Source: Actinomycetota bacterium
GTDB taxonomy: Bacteria; Actinomycetota; Acidimicrobiia; Spongiisociales; UBA4744
DNA length: 64,000 nt
Reading direction: 5' to 3'
Assembly (NCBI GenBank): GCA_013152275.1
Contig: JAADGS010000031.1
Span: 1-64,000, forward strand
Below, in pieces: positions 37,037-47,084 of this stretch (its first letter is position 1; each line of letters opens with the position of its first letter). Under the pieces are notes generated by a model. It saw only the letters and a program-made list of their open reading frames with translations, was not told where the DNA came from and ran no database searches. The translations under genes were made by a program, and so were the position numbers.

Positions 37037-37770
37037 CAAACGGCGGTGCTGGCAATCAGGAGGGCAAGCTCGGCTGTCTCGCCCTCCGCGGAGAGCGACG
37101 TCTCCGAGGCAGGGATGCGCCGCACCGCGACGCGGCACCATTCACCTGCGGAGCCTTTGATGCGCTGGCCGGAGTCCTCGGGGCCGTAGACCCATTTGGC
37201 GTAGCCGGGGCCGATCACCTCCACGCGAACCGGTGCGTAGGCATGGCCGGCTCTCTTGAATGCATGCGGGAGGGTTCGCCAGGCGAGCCACGCGATGTGG
37301 CGGAGCCTCGGTGTGTCCTCCATCGGAACGTCGGCAACGGTCTGAACGTCGAGTCCGAATGCCCATGCCTCGGCGAGACGCGCCGTCGCGAACGTCTGGG
37401 CGGAGACATCGTCGACGAACCAGGGGATTCGCTGGGATCGAGTCATGCGCGAGAGAGCGTCGACGACGCCGGCGCGCGCCCCACGCCACCATTCGATGAC
37501 ATCCTGAGGGCGCATCGAACGCCCGCGATCGATCCCGGAAGTGGCGATCTCGTCGAGTGAAGCGTAGGTCTCGGCCTCGGCCAACGGGGCACGACCCTCC
37601 TGAAGCACTCGGAGTGCGAACTCCTCCGAGGACGCGAGAAACGCGACGATATCCTGGATGGACCAGTTGTTGGTCGGGGTCTTCCGTTTCCAATCGCGTA
37701 TAGCGATCTTCTGCAACAACTGATCGAGTGCCTGTTCTTCGGCAACCAAGTCTGAAAGGATCTCACGCAC
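37036..37770 (-). CDS. MDMPI/DinB-superfamily (TIGR03084-like) protein
   Basis: DLVAE..ALD, W...TP...WSI.D, RIPW, ARL.E.WA.G.D, RLRHIAWL..RT. Confidence 0.75.
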   Translation of the reverse strand: MREILSDLVAEEQALDQLLQKIAIRDWKRKTPTNNWSIQDIVAFLASSEEFALRVLQEGRAPLAEAETYASLDEIATSGIDRGRSMRPQDVIEWWRGARAGVVDALSRMTRSQRIPWFVDDVSAQTFATARLAEAWAFGLDVQTVADVPMEDTPRLRHIAWLAWRTLPHAFKRAGHAYAPVRVEVIGPGYAKWVYGPEDSGQRIKGSAGEWCRVAVRRIPASETSLSAEGETAELALLIASTAV

Positions 37771-37908
37771 AATCCCACAGGATAGTGCAATCAGAGGGGC
37801 CCGAGACGCCCTGGCCTCACATCGTTTGTTCGTGTCCCGTCTCCGGAATCCCGCGCGGACACGTGGGAAGAACCCGCTCGAGGGACGATCGATCCGGCAG
37901 TTCCGTGA

Positions 37909-38979
37909 TCAGATGTTGAAGGTCGGTGGCGGATGCACGACCGGGCGCGGTTCGACGAGTTCGTTCAAGGCGTCGACAAACTGGCGGAGGCGCCCGTAGG
38001 AGCGTCTGGTGAAATGCAGGGCCACGCGGCTCGCATCGATGGAATCGCCGTCCTTGACCTCTGCCGGTGTGGCTTCGATGACTTCGATGGCGCCTTTGGC
38101 GACGATGTCGGAGAATTCCTCGTTGAGCCGCGCGAGGTCCTCGGCGCTCGGTGCCTGGTGGAGGCGGATGATGAGCAGGCCGTCGACGTAACGCTGCGAC
38201 TGGTAGTTGGCGTAGAAATGGCAGATCTCGTCAACCGCGTTCTCCACGCTGCTCGTCGTCTTGTAGATGCTGAGGTCGTCGGGTGAGATCAGACCCTTGC
38301 CCAGGAGATCCTCTCGAACGAACTGGTTGAACGTCTCCCAGTAGCCGGTTCCCTCGGCTTCGAGGAGCACGATCGGGTGCAGGTCGCTCTTGCCGGTCTG
38401 GACCAGCGTCAGCAGTTCGAACGTCTCGTCCATGGTTCCGAATCCTCCGGGGAACAGGGCGAAGGCGTGTGACTCCTTGATGAATCCGACCTTGCGGGTA
38501 AAGAAGTACTTGAAGTTGATGATGCGTTCCGTGTCCAGATAAGGATTCGCGGAGTCTTCGAACGGGAGCCGGATGTTGACACCGAACGAGTGATCCGCCC
38601 CCGCACCCTCGTTGCCCGCCTGCATGATCCCCGGTCCGGCACCGGTCACGACCATCCAGCCACGTTCATGCACCATCGTGCGGGCGAAGTCGTAGGCGAG
38701 CTGATAGTTCGGTTCGCCCTTACCGGTCCTTGCCGATCCGAAGACGGTCACCTTCGGGATGTCGCGATATCGGGAGAACACGAGTGTCGAGTACCGCATC
38801 TCCTTGACGGCCGCGTTGATGAGCTTGACATCGCCCCGGTCTGCACGGTCGTGATACAGCTTGATCGCCGACACGATCAGTTCCCTCACCAGGTCCTCGT
38901 GTGCACCGTCGCCGGCAGCTTCGAGAAGCTCATCGATCATCCTGGCAAGCTTGTCCTGTCCGGTGGAGTAGGGCCGCAT
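37909..38979 (-). CDS. LOG family (TIGR00730-type) nucleotide nucleosidase-like protein
   Basis: VFGSART, TGAGPGIM.AGN, FKYFFTRK, PGGFGTMDE. Confidence 0.88.
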   Translation of the reverse strand: MRPYSTGQDKLARMIDELLEAAGDGAHEDLVRELIVSAIKLYHDRADRGDVKLINAAVKEMRYSTLVFSRYRDIPKVTVFGSARTGKGEPNYQLAYDFARTMVHERGWMVVTGAGPGIMQAGNEGAGADHSFGVNIRLPFEDSANPYLDTERIINFKYFFTRKVGFIKESHAFALFPGGFGTMDETFELLTLVQTGKSDLHPIVLLEAEGTGYWETFNQFVREDLLGKGLISPDDLSIYKTTSSVENAVDEICHFYANYQSQRYVDGLLIIRLHQAPSAEDLARLNEEFSDIVAKGAIEVIEATPAEVKDGDSIDASRVALHFTRRSYGRLRQFVDALNELVEPRPVVHPPPTFNI

Positions 38980-39138
38980 CGGCAGAGGGTACCGCAGGAA
39001 GCCGTGTAGGGCTTTCATGGGGGAGCGCGACGGGCCGAGTGCGGCGAGGCGCGGCCGTGTGCTGCATCGAGGGAGCACGGCAAGGTGCCGCCCTCGCGTT
39101 GCGGGCGATACCCAGTTCAGCCTTCTCCTGACGGGCCG

Positions 39139-40146
39139 TCAACCGGGTCGGTCGTTCTCGAATGGTGGTTCGGGCGGTCCCTTGCGCACAACGGCACTCC
39201 AGACGGTCTCATAATGATCCCGGTCGTACGGATCGACATGGGGAAGCACGAAGTCCTGCCATGCCCGGCGCAAGGGATCGTCGGCCTCCGCGAACACGGC
39301 CAATCCGGTCGGCACCCGGTCGAGGACGGTCCGTAGGCTCATCGGTGTCTCGACCCTGGTGCCGGCATCCCTTGCCTGAAAGGACTCGTTGACCTCCACG
39401 GCCAGCCGGGCGATTGCATCGACGAACACCGTCTTCAACGTCGGGTATCGCCTCCGCAGCATCTCTTGGAGCTGTTCCCCGCTGGGAAATTCCTTCTCCC
39501 AGATGACCCATCGGTCTGCAAAAGCCTTGTTGAGGGTCTGGGTTCCTGCGTAGTCCCTCAGGTCGGTCGGGTTCATCGTCCCAAACAGGCGGACATCGTC
39601 GCGGAGGCGCACGGTGTCTCCGTTCGGCAGGTCGAGACTCTGGTAGCGGTCGAGCAGACCATGGAGGGCGAAGAGCGTCTCCGCACCGGCCGCGTTGAGT
39701 TCCGACAGGTTGACGAGTGCAGGTCCCCGCAGCGCCCTGGTGATGTCCCCATCCTCCCAGCGACTCTCCGTGCCACCCTTGCCGTCACCGTGCAACTGGG
39801 TCGATCCGATCAGCGTGACGTCTCTCACTTCGCCGGTGAGGGGAATCCGGTAGTAGGGGAGGCGAAGCAGCGCTGCGAACTGTTCGATGTCGTGATCCTT
39901 GCCGGTGCCCATGTGGCCGCGGACGGCAACGTGGAGGGGGACGAATGCGGGCCCTGTGGAGCGACGCACCCGTTCGATGGCGGCAAAACGGTACAACATG
40001 CCCAGATCCACGTAGTACGGGTCGGGTTCCGGAATCTTTCCGACGCGTTGGGCACGGTCGAAGAAGCCTTCAGGAACTTCGAAGACTTCGAGACGAATCG
40101 GTCTGCCCTCTCCTGTCGGGTCGGTGAACGTAACGGTGTCAGCCAC
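39139..40146 (-). CDS. MoxR-clade (CbbQ/NorQ/CobS-like) AAA+ ATPase
   Basis: GHMGTGK, LIGS, WEDG.I..A, GTMNP, LNKAFADRW; AAGGAG RBS before GTG 40146. Confidence 0.82.
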   Translation of the reverse strand: MADTVTFTDPTGEGRPIRLEVFEVPEGFFDRAQRVGKIPEPDPYYVDLGMLYRFAAIERVRRSTGPAFVPLHVAVRGHMGTGKDHDIEQFAALLRLPYYRIPLTGEVRDVTLIGSTQLHGDGKGGTESRWEDGDITRALRGPALVNLSELNAAGAETLFALHGLLDRYQSLDLPNGDTVRLRDDVRLFGTMNPTDLRDYAGTQTLNKAFADRWVIWEKEFPSGEQLQEMLRRRYPTLKTVFVDAIARLAVEVNESFQARDAGTRVETPMSLRTVLDRVPTGLAVFAEADDPLRRAWQDFVLPHVDPYDRDHYETVWSAVVRKGPPEPPFENDRPG

Positions 40147-42157
40147 GAGTCGGCTCCTTGGGTTCTGCTCTTGCTGCTCGACCCCACCAGGTGTCGACAC
40201 CCCAGAGGGCGAGGCTCCGGCGCAACGCTCCGCGTACGCCGTCGACCATGGCGCGGGTCAGTTCTTCGGGTTGTTCCGCTATCTCGAAACGGCCGTAGGT
40301 GTCTTGCACCGTAGCGTCACCGATTCCGATGCCGAGAACGGTCGTGCCGGTCCGCTCGATGTCTCGAGCAGTCGCGGCGAGGGCGGAGGCGGAACCCCGT
40401 GTCAATCCATCGGACAGCACGACGAGCACTCGGACGTTGCTGCGCCGTCGAGCCATCCGCTCGGCGGCGTGCACGAGGTTGTATTCGTCGACGTTCGCCG
40501 CCTTGTCGAACAGGGAGACGGGCGGGGCCCCGGCCTCGTCGCGTCGGGCGGACGCCGCCGCCTTCGCCGGTTCCATGGCCGCCCAGAACAACCCTGCAAG
40601 AAGGTCCTCTGCGCCGCGCCATGAGTCGTCGAAGGTCTTGATCAGATAGTGGTTGATCGTGTTCGTGAGCCGCTGGGCGTCGGTGCCTCTGGACTGTCGC
40701 AGCCCTCCCATCGTTCGGCGGCGACGCTGTGTGAACGATCGCTCGGTATCGTCCGCCCTGGCCGCGAAGGAACGGTTGAAGAGAGCGACTTCGAACTCGA
40801 CCTGTAGCTCGTCTGCGAGGTGCGCGAGGGTCCACGCGCCGAGGGTGGCTGCGGCCATCGGCCAGTGTCCGGACCGCTGCAGCATCGATGCCGATCCGTC
40901 GATGAGCAGACTCACCGAATACGCCCTGCGGGTCGGCAGGTCCCGTCGCTCGTACATGCGCCGATACAAGCCGGCGCCGAGGAACAGAGCGGCATACGGT
41001 GAAAGGTCGCCGGCGTCGTACCCGGCTCTGAGGCCGCGCCGCTGATTGGCGACGAAGAGGGGGTGCAACTCTCCGGAAACGTGGTGTTGTGCCACCGACC
41101 AGCGGCGAGCGGCATCCGCCATGGCGGCACGCCCTTGCGTTGCGAACGAGCGAAAGCGGGCGGGGAATGAGGACACGACCAGCTTGCCCTTCTGGCCGGT
41201 GGGCAGATAGATCGTCGGGGCCTGGCTGACGCGCAACAACTGGTCGGTCGATGCCTCGCCGGCCAGCTGGGAGGGAGCCTTGCGGCCGGAGGCTCCCGAC
41301 CGTGCCTCGGCGGCGTCCCTTGTGCTTTGATAGCCGTCCGCGTCCTGGACGACGGGGGAGTGGAGCCGGACTTCGTCGACCCCTTCGCGGATGGTGTCCG
41401 CGTCCGACCTGGTGTGGTTTGCTCCCGCGGTCGACAGCAGCCGATGCCGCCGGGCGATCTCCACGAGTTTGGTGGTGAGATCGGCGACTTCCCAGGGGTC
41501 CCGAGCATCGCCGACCTCGTCGAGGAGATGTTCCGCCTCGGCGACGGCGGCGGTTGCGTTCGGATGCAGGCCGCGCGCGTTCACGACGTATCCGCCGGCT
41601 TTGAGAAAGCACAAGAGGGCGAACTGCGCGAGGGGCCCGGACGTTTCGAGCGCAGGTCGGTGTGCGGCGTGATACAGGTCCGCCAGCACCGACAGGGCAC
41701 CCGGATACCGGCCGAGGTTCGTCTTCTCCTGTCGGGCATCCTCGAGAACGAAGAACAGTGCCTCCGTCTCGGGACGCCCGGCGAGCACCGTGAGGAGGTC
41801 GACCGGCTCGTCTCCATAGTCGAGACCCCACGAGTCGGGGACTCGGCGTTGCTCGGTCAGGTCCGTTGCGATGAGGTGTACGACCTCGTGGAGCGCCGAG
41901 GCGAGCGCCACCTCCCGAGCGGTCACCGGAGCGTTGCGCGCGTACGCGGCCTGGAAGGTGGCCGGGTTGAGGACGATCTCGTCGGCGCTCGCGGATGGGT
42001 TAGGGCCGAGCAGTACATGCAACTCGTCGTTTCCGGTCAGCGATCGGGCGAGTCGAGTGACGGCGGGCGCGACCGACTGATAGCGTGCAACGACGGACTC
42101 GATGGCGTACTCGTCCGCCGGAAGGATGGTGTTGAGGGTGGTTCGGCGCTGTGCCAC
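40139..42157 (-). CDS. VWA-domain protein (CobT/NorD/CbbO-like)
   Basis: MIDAS DGSAS, VLVVLSDG, LGIGIG; N-terminal HEVVH...EDARQE. Confidence 0.8.
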   Translation of the reverse strand: MAQRRTTLNTILPADEYAIESVVARYQSVAPAVTRLARSLTGNDELHVLLGPNPSASADEIVLNPATFQAAYARNAPVTAREVALASALHEVVHLIATDLTEQRRVPDSWGLDYGDEPVDLLTVLAGRPETEALFFVLEDARQEKTNLGRYPGALSVLADLYHAAHRPALETSGPLAQFALLCFLKAGGYVVNARGLHPNATAAVAEAEHLLDEVGDARDPWEVADLTTKLVEIARRHRLLSTAGANHTRSDADTIREGVDEVRLHSPVVQDADGYQSTRDAAEARSGASGRKAPSQLAGEASTDQLLRVSQAPTIYLPTGQKGKLVVSSFPARFRSFATQGRAAMADAARRWSVAQHHVSGELHPLFVANQRRGLRAGYDAGDLSPYAALFLGAGLYRRMYERRDLPTRRAYSVSLLIDGSASMLQRSGHWPMAAATLGAWTLAHLADELQVEFEVALFNRSFAARADDTERSFTQRRRRTMGGLRQSRGTDAQRLTNTINHYLIKTFDDSWRGAEDLLAGLFWAAMEPAKAAASARRDEAGAPPVSLFDKAANVDEYNLVHAAERMARRRSNVRVLVVLSDGLTRGSASALAATARDIERTGTTVLGIGIGDATVQDTYGRFEIAEQPEELTRAMVDGVRGALRRSLALWGVDTWWGRAARAEPKEPTRG

Positions 42158-42174
42158 AGCCGATCATTGTCTCA

Positions 42175-42993
42175 TCAGCCGAGCAGAATCGCCACTACGG
42201 AGAGCAAGACGGCCACGGCTGCAGCCGCAATCGCCACCGCAGACCGTGTACTGGCCGTTTCACGTCGCATTCCAATCTTCTGCCAGCCCCACACGATGAC
42301 CAGACCGGCGATGAGCCCTCCCACGTGCGCCTGCCATGCCACACCGGGGAGGATGAATGGGAGGAGCATGTTGATGCCAAGCAGCACGATGAGCTGCCGG
42401 AAGAGTCGCTTGCCCGCGGGCGTGTGTCGCACACGGTATGAAGCGGCGATCCATGCACCGAACAGTCCGAAGATTGCGCCGGACGCACCGATCGCGACTC
42501 CTGCGGGGACCATGATCAGGAAGAACGCCGACCCCCAGAGCAGTGAGGCGCCGTAGAGGGCGGCGAACGAAACCGAACCGACCCGTCGCTCGATCTGCGG
42601 ACCGAAGAGCCAGAGTGCGTACATGTTGAAGAAGATGTGCATGATTCCACCGTGCAGGAACGCACCGGTGACGAGGCGCCACCATTCGCCGGCATGGATC
42701 AACCGGTTGCTCTGTTCGAGCAGGACGAACAGAGAGGGTATGAGGTAGTAGCTCAGGACGAACATGCCGATGTTGATCGCGAGGAGTGCTGCGGTGACCG
42801 GTGGCAGCGTCGTCACCGCGGCGCGCCCGTGGATCACTTTCGTGGTGGACCGTGCGCATTCGGGGCACTTTTGTCCTCCCGGGGTGTCCACGGAGCACTC
42901 GGGACAGATGGGTCTGCCGCAAGAGGCGCACCGAAGGCGTGTGCGTCGGTTCGGATGGCGATAGCAGACCGGGATCGTGGCTTCGTCTGTCAC
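42175..42993 (-). CDS. Rhomboid protease with N-terminal zinc-finger
   Basis: CYRHP...CASC.RPICPEC...CPEC; HIFFN, GASG, AHVGG. Confidence 0.92.
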   Translation of the reverse strand: MTDEATIPVCYRHPNRRTRLRCASCGRPICPECSVDTPGGQKCPECARSTTKVIHGRAAVTTLPPVTAALLAINIGMFVLSYYLIPSLFVLLEQSNRLIHAGEWWRLVTGAFLHGGIMHIFFNMYALWLFGPQIERRVGSVSFAALYGASLLWGSAFFLIMVPAGVAIGASGAIFGLFGAWIAASYRVRHTPAGKRLFRQLIVLLGINMLLPFILPGVAWQAHVGGLIAGLVIVWGWQKIGMRRETASTRSAVAIAAAAVAVLLSVVAILLG

Positions 42994-43070
42994 AAGGGGT
43001 CACTGTAGAGGCTTTCAAGGTCTTCTCCACCCAAGGTCCGGGTGATCTGCGAGTCTCCTATCATCGCGCC

Positions 43071-44318
43071 ATGTCTTTCGATCGCACGGTGCTGCCCAAC
43101 GGGCTGACGGTCATCACGGAGGCGATGACGGAGATTCGGTCTGTCGCAGTGGGAATCTGGGTCGATACGGGGGCCAGGGACGAGCTTGCGGGAGAGCGGG
43201 GAGCTTCGCATTTCCTCGAACACCTGCTCTTCAAAGGAACCGATGAACTCGGCTCGCTGGAGATCTCGCGACGGTTCGACGCGATAGGAGCCGAAGCGAA
43301 CGCGTTCACCTCCAAAGACTCGACCTGTTTCTGGGTCCGACTCCTCGACGAGGACCTCGCCGAGGGCCTCGGGCTCTTGGCACAGATGTTGCAGCGGCCC
43401 GCGTTCCGTCCCGGCGACGTGGATTCGGAGCGGGACGTCGTGATCGAGGAGATCAGCATGAGCGACGACGATCCGGGAGACCTCGTCCACGAGCAGTTCT
43501 TCCGCGCCGTGTTCTCCGGGCATCCCCTGGAACACCCTGTGCTGGGGTCGAAAGACTCTGTCAGGGCGCTCACCCCCGAGCTGCTCGAACGATACTGGCG
43601 CCGTCGATACCGGGCGGGATCCACCGTGCTGGCGGTCGCCGGAAACGTCGATCACCGGCATGTCGTCGATCTCGCAGGGAGGTTCTTCGGAACGTGGGAC
43701 GGCGGTTCCGTCGCGCATTCGTTGGAAGAAGCGCCTACCGACCCGGGGGTTCGGGTGGTCCGACGCGAGACGGAACAGGTACACGTCGTGCTGGGAGGCC
43801 GGGGGCTCGTCAGAGGTGACGAGCGCAGGTACGCGTTCGGGGTGTTGGACTCGGTGCTGGGTGGCACGGCATCGTCGCGGCTCTTCCACACGATTCGTGA
43901 GGACCGTGGACTGGCCTACTCGGTGTACAGCTTCCGCGCGGCGTACGCAGATGCCGGGGCCTACGGCGTGTACGCGGGAACCACGCCGCGCAATGTCGGC
44001 ACGGTGCTCGACCTGCTCAACAGGGAACTCGCGAGCGTCGCACGCGACGGTGTCACCGACGAGGAGCTGGCGCGAGCGAAGGGCGGGATGCGCGGCTCCA
44101 TGGCGCTCGCCCTCGAAGACCCGAACAGCCGTATGGTACGTCTCGGTCAGGAGGAGATCGGCGGGATGGAGCATCTCTCGGTGGATCAGCGGATTGGCCG
44201 GCTGAACGCGATCACGGCCGATGATGTGCACGAGGTGGCCGAAACGGTGTTGACGGGGCCGCGGGCCCTGGGAGTCGTCGGACCGTTGGATGCGGCAGAT
44301 GTGGAGAGGTTTCTGTGA
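43071..44318 (+). CDS. M16 (pitrilysin) family peptidase
   Basis: GASHFLEHLLFKGT, NAFTSK, SSRLF..IRE.RGLAYSV. Confidence 0.93.
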   Translation: MSFDRTVLPNGLTVITEAMTEIRSVAVGIWVDTGARDELAGERGASHFLEHLLFKGTDELGSLEISRRFDAIGAEANAFTSKDSTCFWVRLLDEDLAEGLGLLAQMLQRPAFRPGDVDSERDVVIEEISMSDDDPGDLVHEQFFRAVFSGHPLEHPVLGSKDSVRALTPELLERYWRRRYRAGSTVLAVAGNVDHRHVVDLAGRFFGTWDGGSVAHSLEEAPTDPGVRVVRRETEQVHVVLGGRGLVRGDERRYAFGVLDSVLGGTASSRLFHTIREDRGLAYSVYSFRAAYADAGAYGVYAGTTPRNVGTVLDLLNRELASVARDGVTDEELARAKGGMRGSMALALEDPNSRMVRLGQEEIGGMEHLSVDQRIGRLNAITADDVHEVAETVLTGPRALGVVGPLDAADVERFL

Positions 44319-45067
44319 TGCTGAAGGTTGGTGTTTCTGGTGCGGCAGGTCGGATGGGTCGCGCGGTCGCCGCTGCGATCGATGCGGATCCGGAATTGGT
44401 CGTTGGTGGCCTGTTCGATCCGGCGGGCGGGGAGGTCGGGGGGATGGCGATCTCGACCGATTCGGACGCGATCGACGGGTGCGACGTCGTCGTCGAGTTC
44501 ACGAATCCTGCCGTGGTGATGGACAATCTGGCAACCTGGCGGCGGATGGGTGTCCACGCGGTCGTCGGTACGTCAGGCTTGACCGAGGATCGGATCGAAG
44601 TGGTGAGAACGTCCTGGGGCGGCGGTCCTCCCAACTGTCTGATCGTGCCCAACTTCTCGATCGGGGCCGTGCTGATGATGCGATTCGCGGAGATGGCTGC
44701 GCCGCACTTCGACGCGGCCGAGATCGTCGAGCTGCACCATGATCACAAGGCAGATGCCCCATCGGGGACTGCTGTCGCCACGGCGTCACGAATTGCCGGA
44801 GCGAACCCCGAGCAGCGACGCGCCGTAGAGTCGAGTGAACTCGTACCCGGTGCCAGAGGCGCCTCGATCGCGGGTGTCCGCGTGCATGCGGTTCGGCTCC
44901 CTGGGCTGCTCGCCCACCAAGAGGTGCTGTTCGGCACCGCGGGCGAGGTGTTGCGAATCCGTCACGACACGACCGACAGGTCTTCGTTCCTGCCGGGCGT
45001 GCTGCTCGCGATCCGCAGGATCGGTGAGTTGCCAGGGGTCACGGTTGGCCTCGACGCACTCCTCTGA
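44318..45067 (+). CDS. dapB: 4-hydroxy-tetrahydrodipicolinate reductase
   Basis: GAAGRMG, VVGTSG, PNFSIG, ELHHDHKADAPSGTA. Confidence 0.96.
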   Translation: MLKVGVSGAAGRMGRAVAAAIDADPELVVGGLFDPAGGEVGGMAISTDSDAIDGCDVVVEFTNPAVVMDNLATWRRMGVHAVVGTSGLTEDRIEVVRTSWGGGPPNCLIVPNFSIGAVLMMRFAEMAAPHFDAAEIVELHHDHKADAPSGTAVATASRIAGANPEQRRAVESSELVPGARGASIAGVRVHAVRLPGLLAHQEVLFGTAGEVLRIRHDTTDRSSFLPGVLLAIRRIGELPGVTVGLDALL

Positions 45068-45103
45068 ACCATCCTGAACCGTTCTCGTGACGTTTGACGG
45101 CAA

Positions 45104-45610
45104 TTAACCGGACGAGACGTCACAAGAATGGATGATGGCGTCCTCGAGGGGTCGTTCGCCGCGCAGCGGTGTGGCCGCGATGGCGTCGACGACGTCCATG
45201 CCTCCGGTCACCTTGCCAAAGATCGTGTAGGCGTGGGGGAGCCCCACGTCTTTGAGGCAGACGAAGAACTGGGATCCGTTCGTGTTGGGGCCGGAGTTTG
45301 CCATCGCCACGGTGCCCCGTGTGTAGCTTCTCGGGTGATCGAGTTCGTCCCGGAAGCGATAGCCGGGACCTCCGCGGCCGGTGCCGGTCGGGTCGCCTCC
45401 CTGGATGACGAAGCCGGGCACGACACGGTGGAAGATCGTGCTGTCGAAGAAGCATTCCTCTGCGAGGAACATGAAGTTGTTGACGGCTTGTGGGGCTTCC
45501 TCGGCGAAGAGCTCGATCTCGATATCGCCATGGTTCGTGTGCACCGTCGCCGTGTGCGTCTTCGACAGGTCGATCGTGATCTCCGGCGGGCTGGAGTATT
45601 GCTTGGACAT
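45104..45610 (-). CDS. Cyclophilin-type peptidyl-prolyl isomerase
   Basis: FHRVVPGFVIQGGDP, AMANSGPNTNGSQFF, YTIFG. Confidence 0.95.
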   Translation of the reverse strand: MSKQYSSPPEITIDLSKTHTATVHTNHGDIEIELFAEEAPQAVNNFMFLAEECFFDSTIFHRVVPGFVIQGGDPTGTGRGGPGYRFRDELDHPRSYTRGTVAMANSGPNTNGSQFFVCLKDVGLPHAYTIFGKVTGGMDVVDAIAATPLRGERPLEDAIIHSCDVSSG

Positions 45611-45698
45611 AGGCACCTCGTTGGGAAGGCGCCAGGGTACCGTGCGGACGGCACAATCGGCGTTCCCGGGAGTAACCTCAGATCGACTGGAGGTGGTG

Positions 45699-47072
45699 GT
45701 GTTACGAAGGCCGTTGATAGCCCTCTTGTTCCTTTCGGCCGCCTGCGCCGGGATGCCGGGGGCATCCACGACCTCATCGACCCCGGTCGCGTCGACGGCC
45801 GTTGCGGCGCCGATGAGCAGCACGACGAACGCGACCGTCACGACTTCGACGGAGGCTCCGACTACCGCTGCGACCACTTCGACCGTCGTCACGACCACTT
45901 CGACCGTTGTCACGACCACTTCGACCGTCGTCACGACCACTTCGACCGTCCCGACGATGCCCCTCGTGACCGGCCCGAACGTTCCTCAGGCCCGTGCCGG
46001 CACCGAGATCCCTTGGGACGAGGTCGGAGACGGCTGGCACGTCGTTCTCTACAACGCATCGCGGGCAAACCCGATCGGCCCCGAGGATGTCGAGGAACGC
46101 TCTGTCCTTGCCTACATGGTGTCCCCCGACGCGACGCTGTACCAGGCTGTCGTGTGGGCGCCGGGCACAGGTCCCGATACGATCGCGGACCTGGCGGGAA
46201 CGCATCTGCTGGTGATCGGAAGCACGGGTGACGGTCCGCTCTACCAGGTCGCCGACCTTCGTGACGGGTCAAAGACGACGATCCGTGTTCCGGGGACCGG
46301 ACTTCTGGACGGGCCGTGGCCGCCGGTCGGGCTCACGAGGCCCACCGGCAAGAACATGATCGTGTGGGGGAGTGACGGAACGACCGAGTGGCTTGAACGT
46401 CGAGCTCTCGACGGCACCGTGCTCGCCCGTGTCTCCGAACGTCCGTACACGGGATGGGCCGGCACGTTCAGTTGGCTGTATGGATACGCCGGTCTGAAGG
46501 TTGTCATCGGCCACGGGGGCGAGCTCGCCTCTGTGAGAACGAACGGGGAGCCGCTCCGCACACTGATGGTGCCGGACGACCGGATATGTGAGCCGGTACG
46601 GTGGTGGGACGCCGACACGGTGCTCGCGCGGTGTAGCAGCGCCGAGGGTACCTACGGGTATTACTTTCAGCTTTGGCTGATTCCGAGCGACGGCACTCCC
46701 GGGGTGGCGCTGACGTCACTGCCACCGAGCCCCGAGGTCGTGGACTTCGGCTATGTGGATGCGTGGCCCGCCGGCGGGCAGACCCTGCTCCAATGGACTG
46801 GCGACTGCGGAGCCTCCAACGTCCAGATCCTGCAGCCGGACGGGACGGGAATCGGACTGGAAACACCCTGGATGGAAGGTATCGACGGGTATCGATTGGT
46901 GGACGTCGTCGGCGGCATCGCGACCATCCAGACGTGGCGCGGATGTGACGCGTGGGAGGGGTCGCTCGACGCGATCGGACTCGACGGTGCGCTCATACGT
47001 CACCTCGTACCCATCGTCGGTGACGCTCGCGGCGTCATCGATTCCGCAGGGCCGGCGACCGTGTACCCCTGA
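45699..47072 (+). CDS. Lipoprotein with Thr-rich linker and beta-rich C-terminal domain, hypothetical
   Basis: GGAGG RBS, LSAAC lipobox, TTSTVVT repeats, Trp/Gly-rich body with paired Cys. Confidence 0.75.
   Translation: MLRRPLIALLFLSAACAGMPGASTTSSTPVASTAVAAPMSSTTNATVTTSTEAPTTAATTSTVVTTTSTVVTTTSTVVTTTSTVPTMPLVTGPNVPQARAGTEIPWDEVGDGWHVVLYNASRANPIGPEDVEERSVLAYMVSPDATLYQAVVWAPGTGPDTIADLAGTHLLVIGSTGDGPLYQVADLRDGSKTTIRVPGTGLLDGPWPPVGLTRPTGKNMIVWGSDGTTEWLERRALDGTVLARVSERPYTGWAGTFSWLYGYAGLKVVIGHGGELASVRTNGEPLRTLMVPDDRICEPVRWWDADTVLARCSSAEGTYGYYFQLWLIPSDGTPGVALTSLPPSPEVVDFGYVDAWPAGGQTLLQWTGDCGASNVQILQPDGTGIGLETPWMEGIDGYRLVDVVGGIATIQTWRGCDAWEGSLDAIGLDGALIRHLVPIVGDARGVIDSAGPATVYP
45871..45950 (+). repeat. 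In-frame 21-bp tandem repeat, about 3.8 copies
   Basis: CGACCACTTCGACCGT(C/T)GTCA units at 45871, 45892, 45913 and 45934. Confidence 0.9.
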
Positions 47073-47084
47073 GCCGGTGCAGCC

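Noticed and set aside
45871..45950. Possible CRISPR array
   Set aside because: Units are contiguous with no spacers, lie in frame in a CDS, and no cas genes are present
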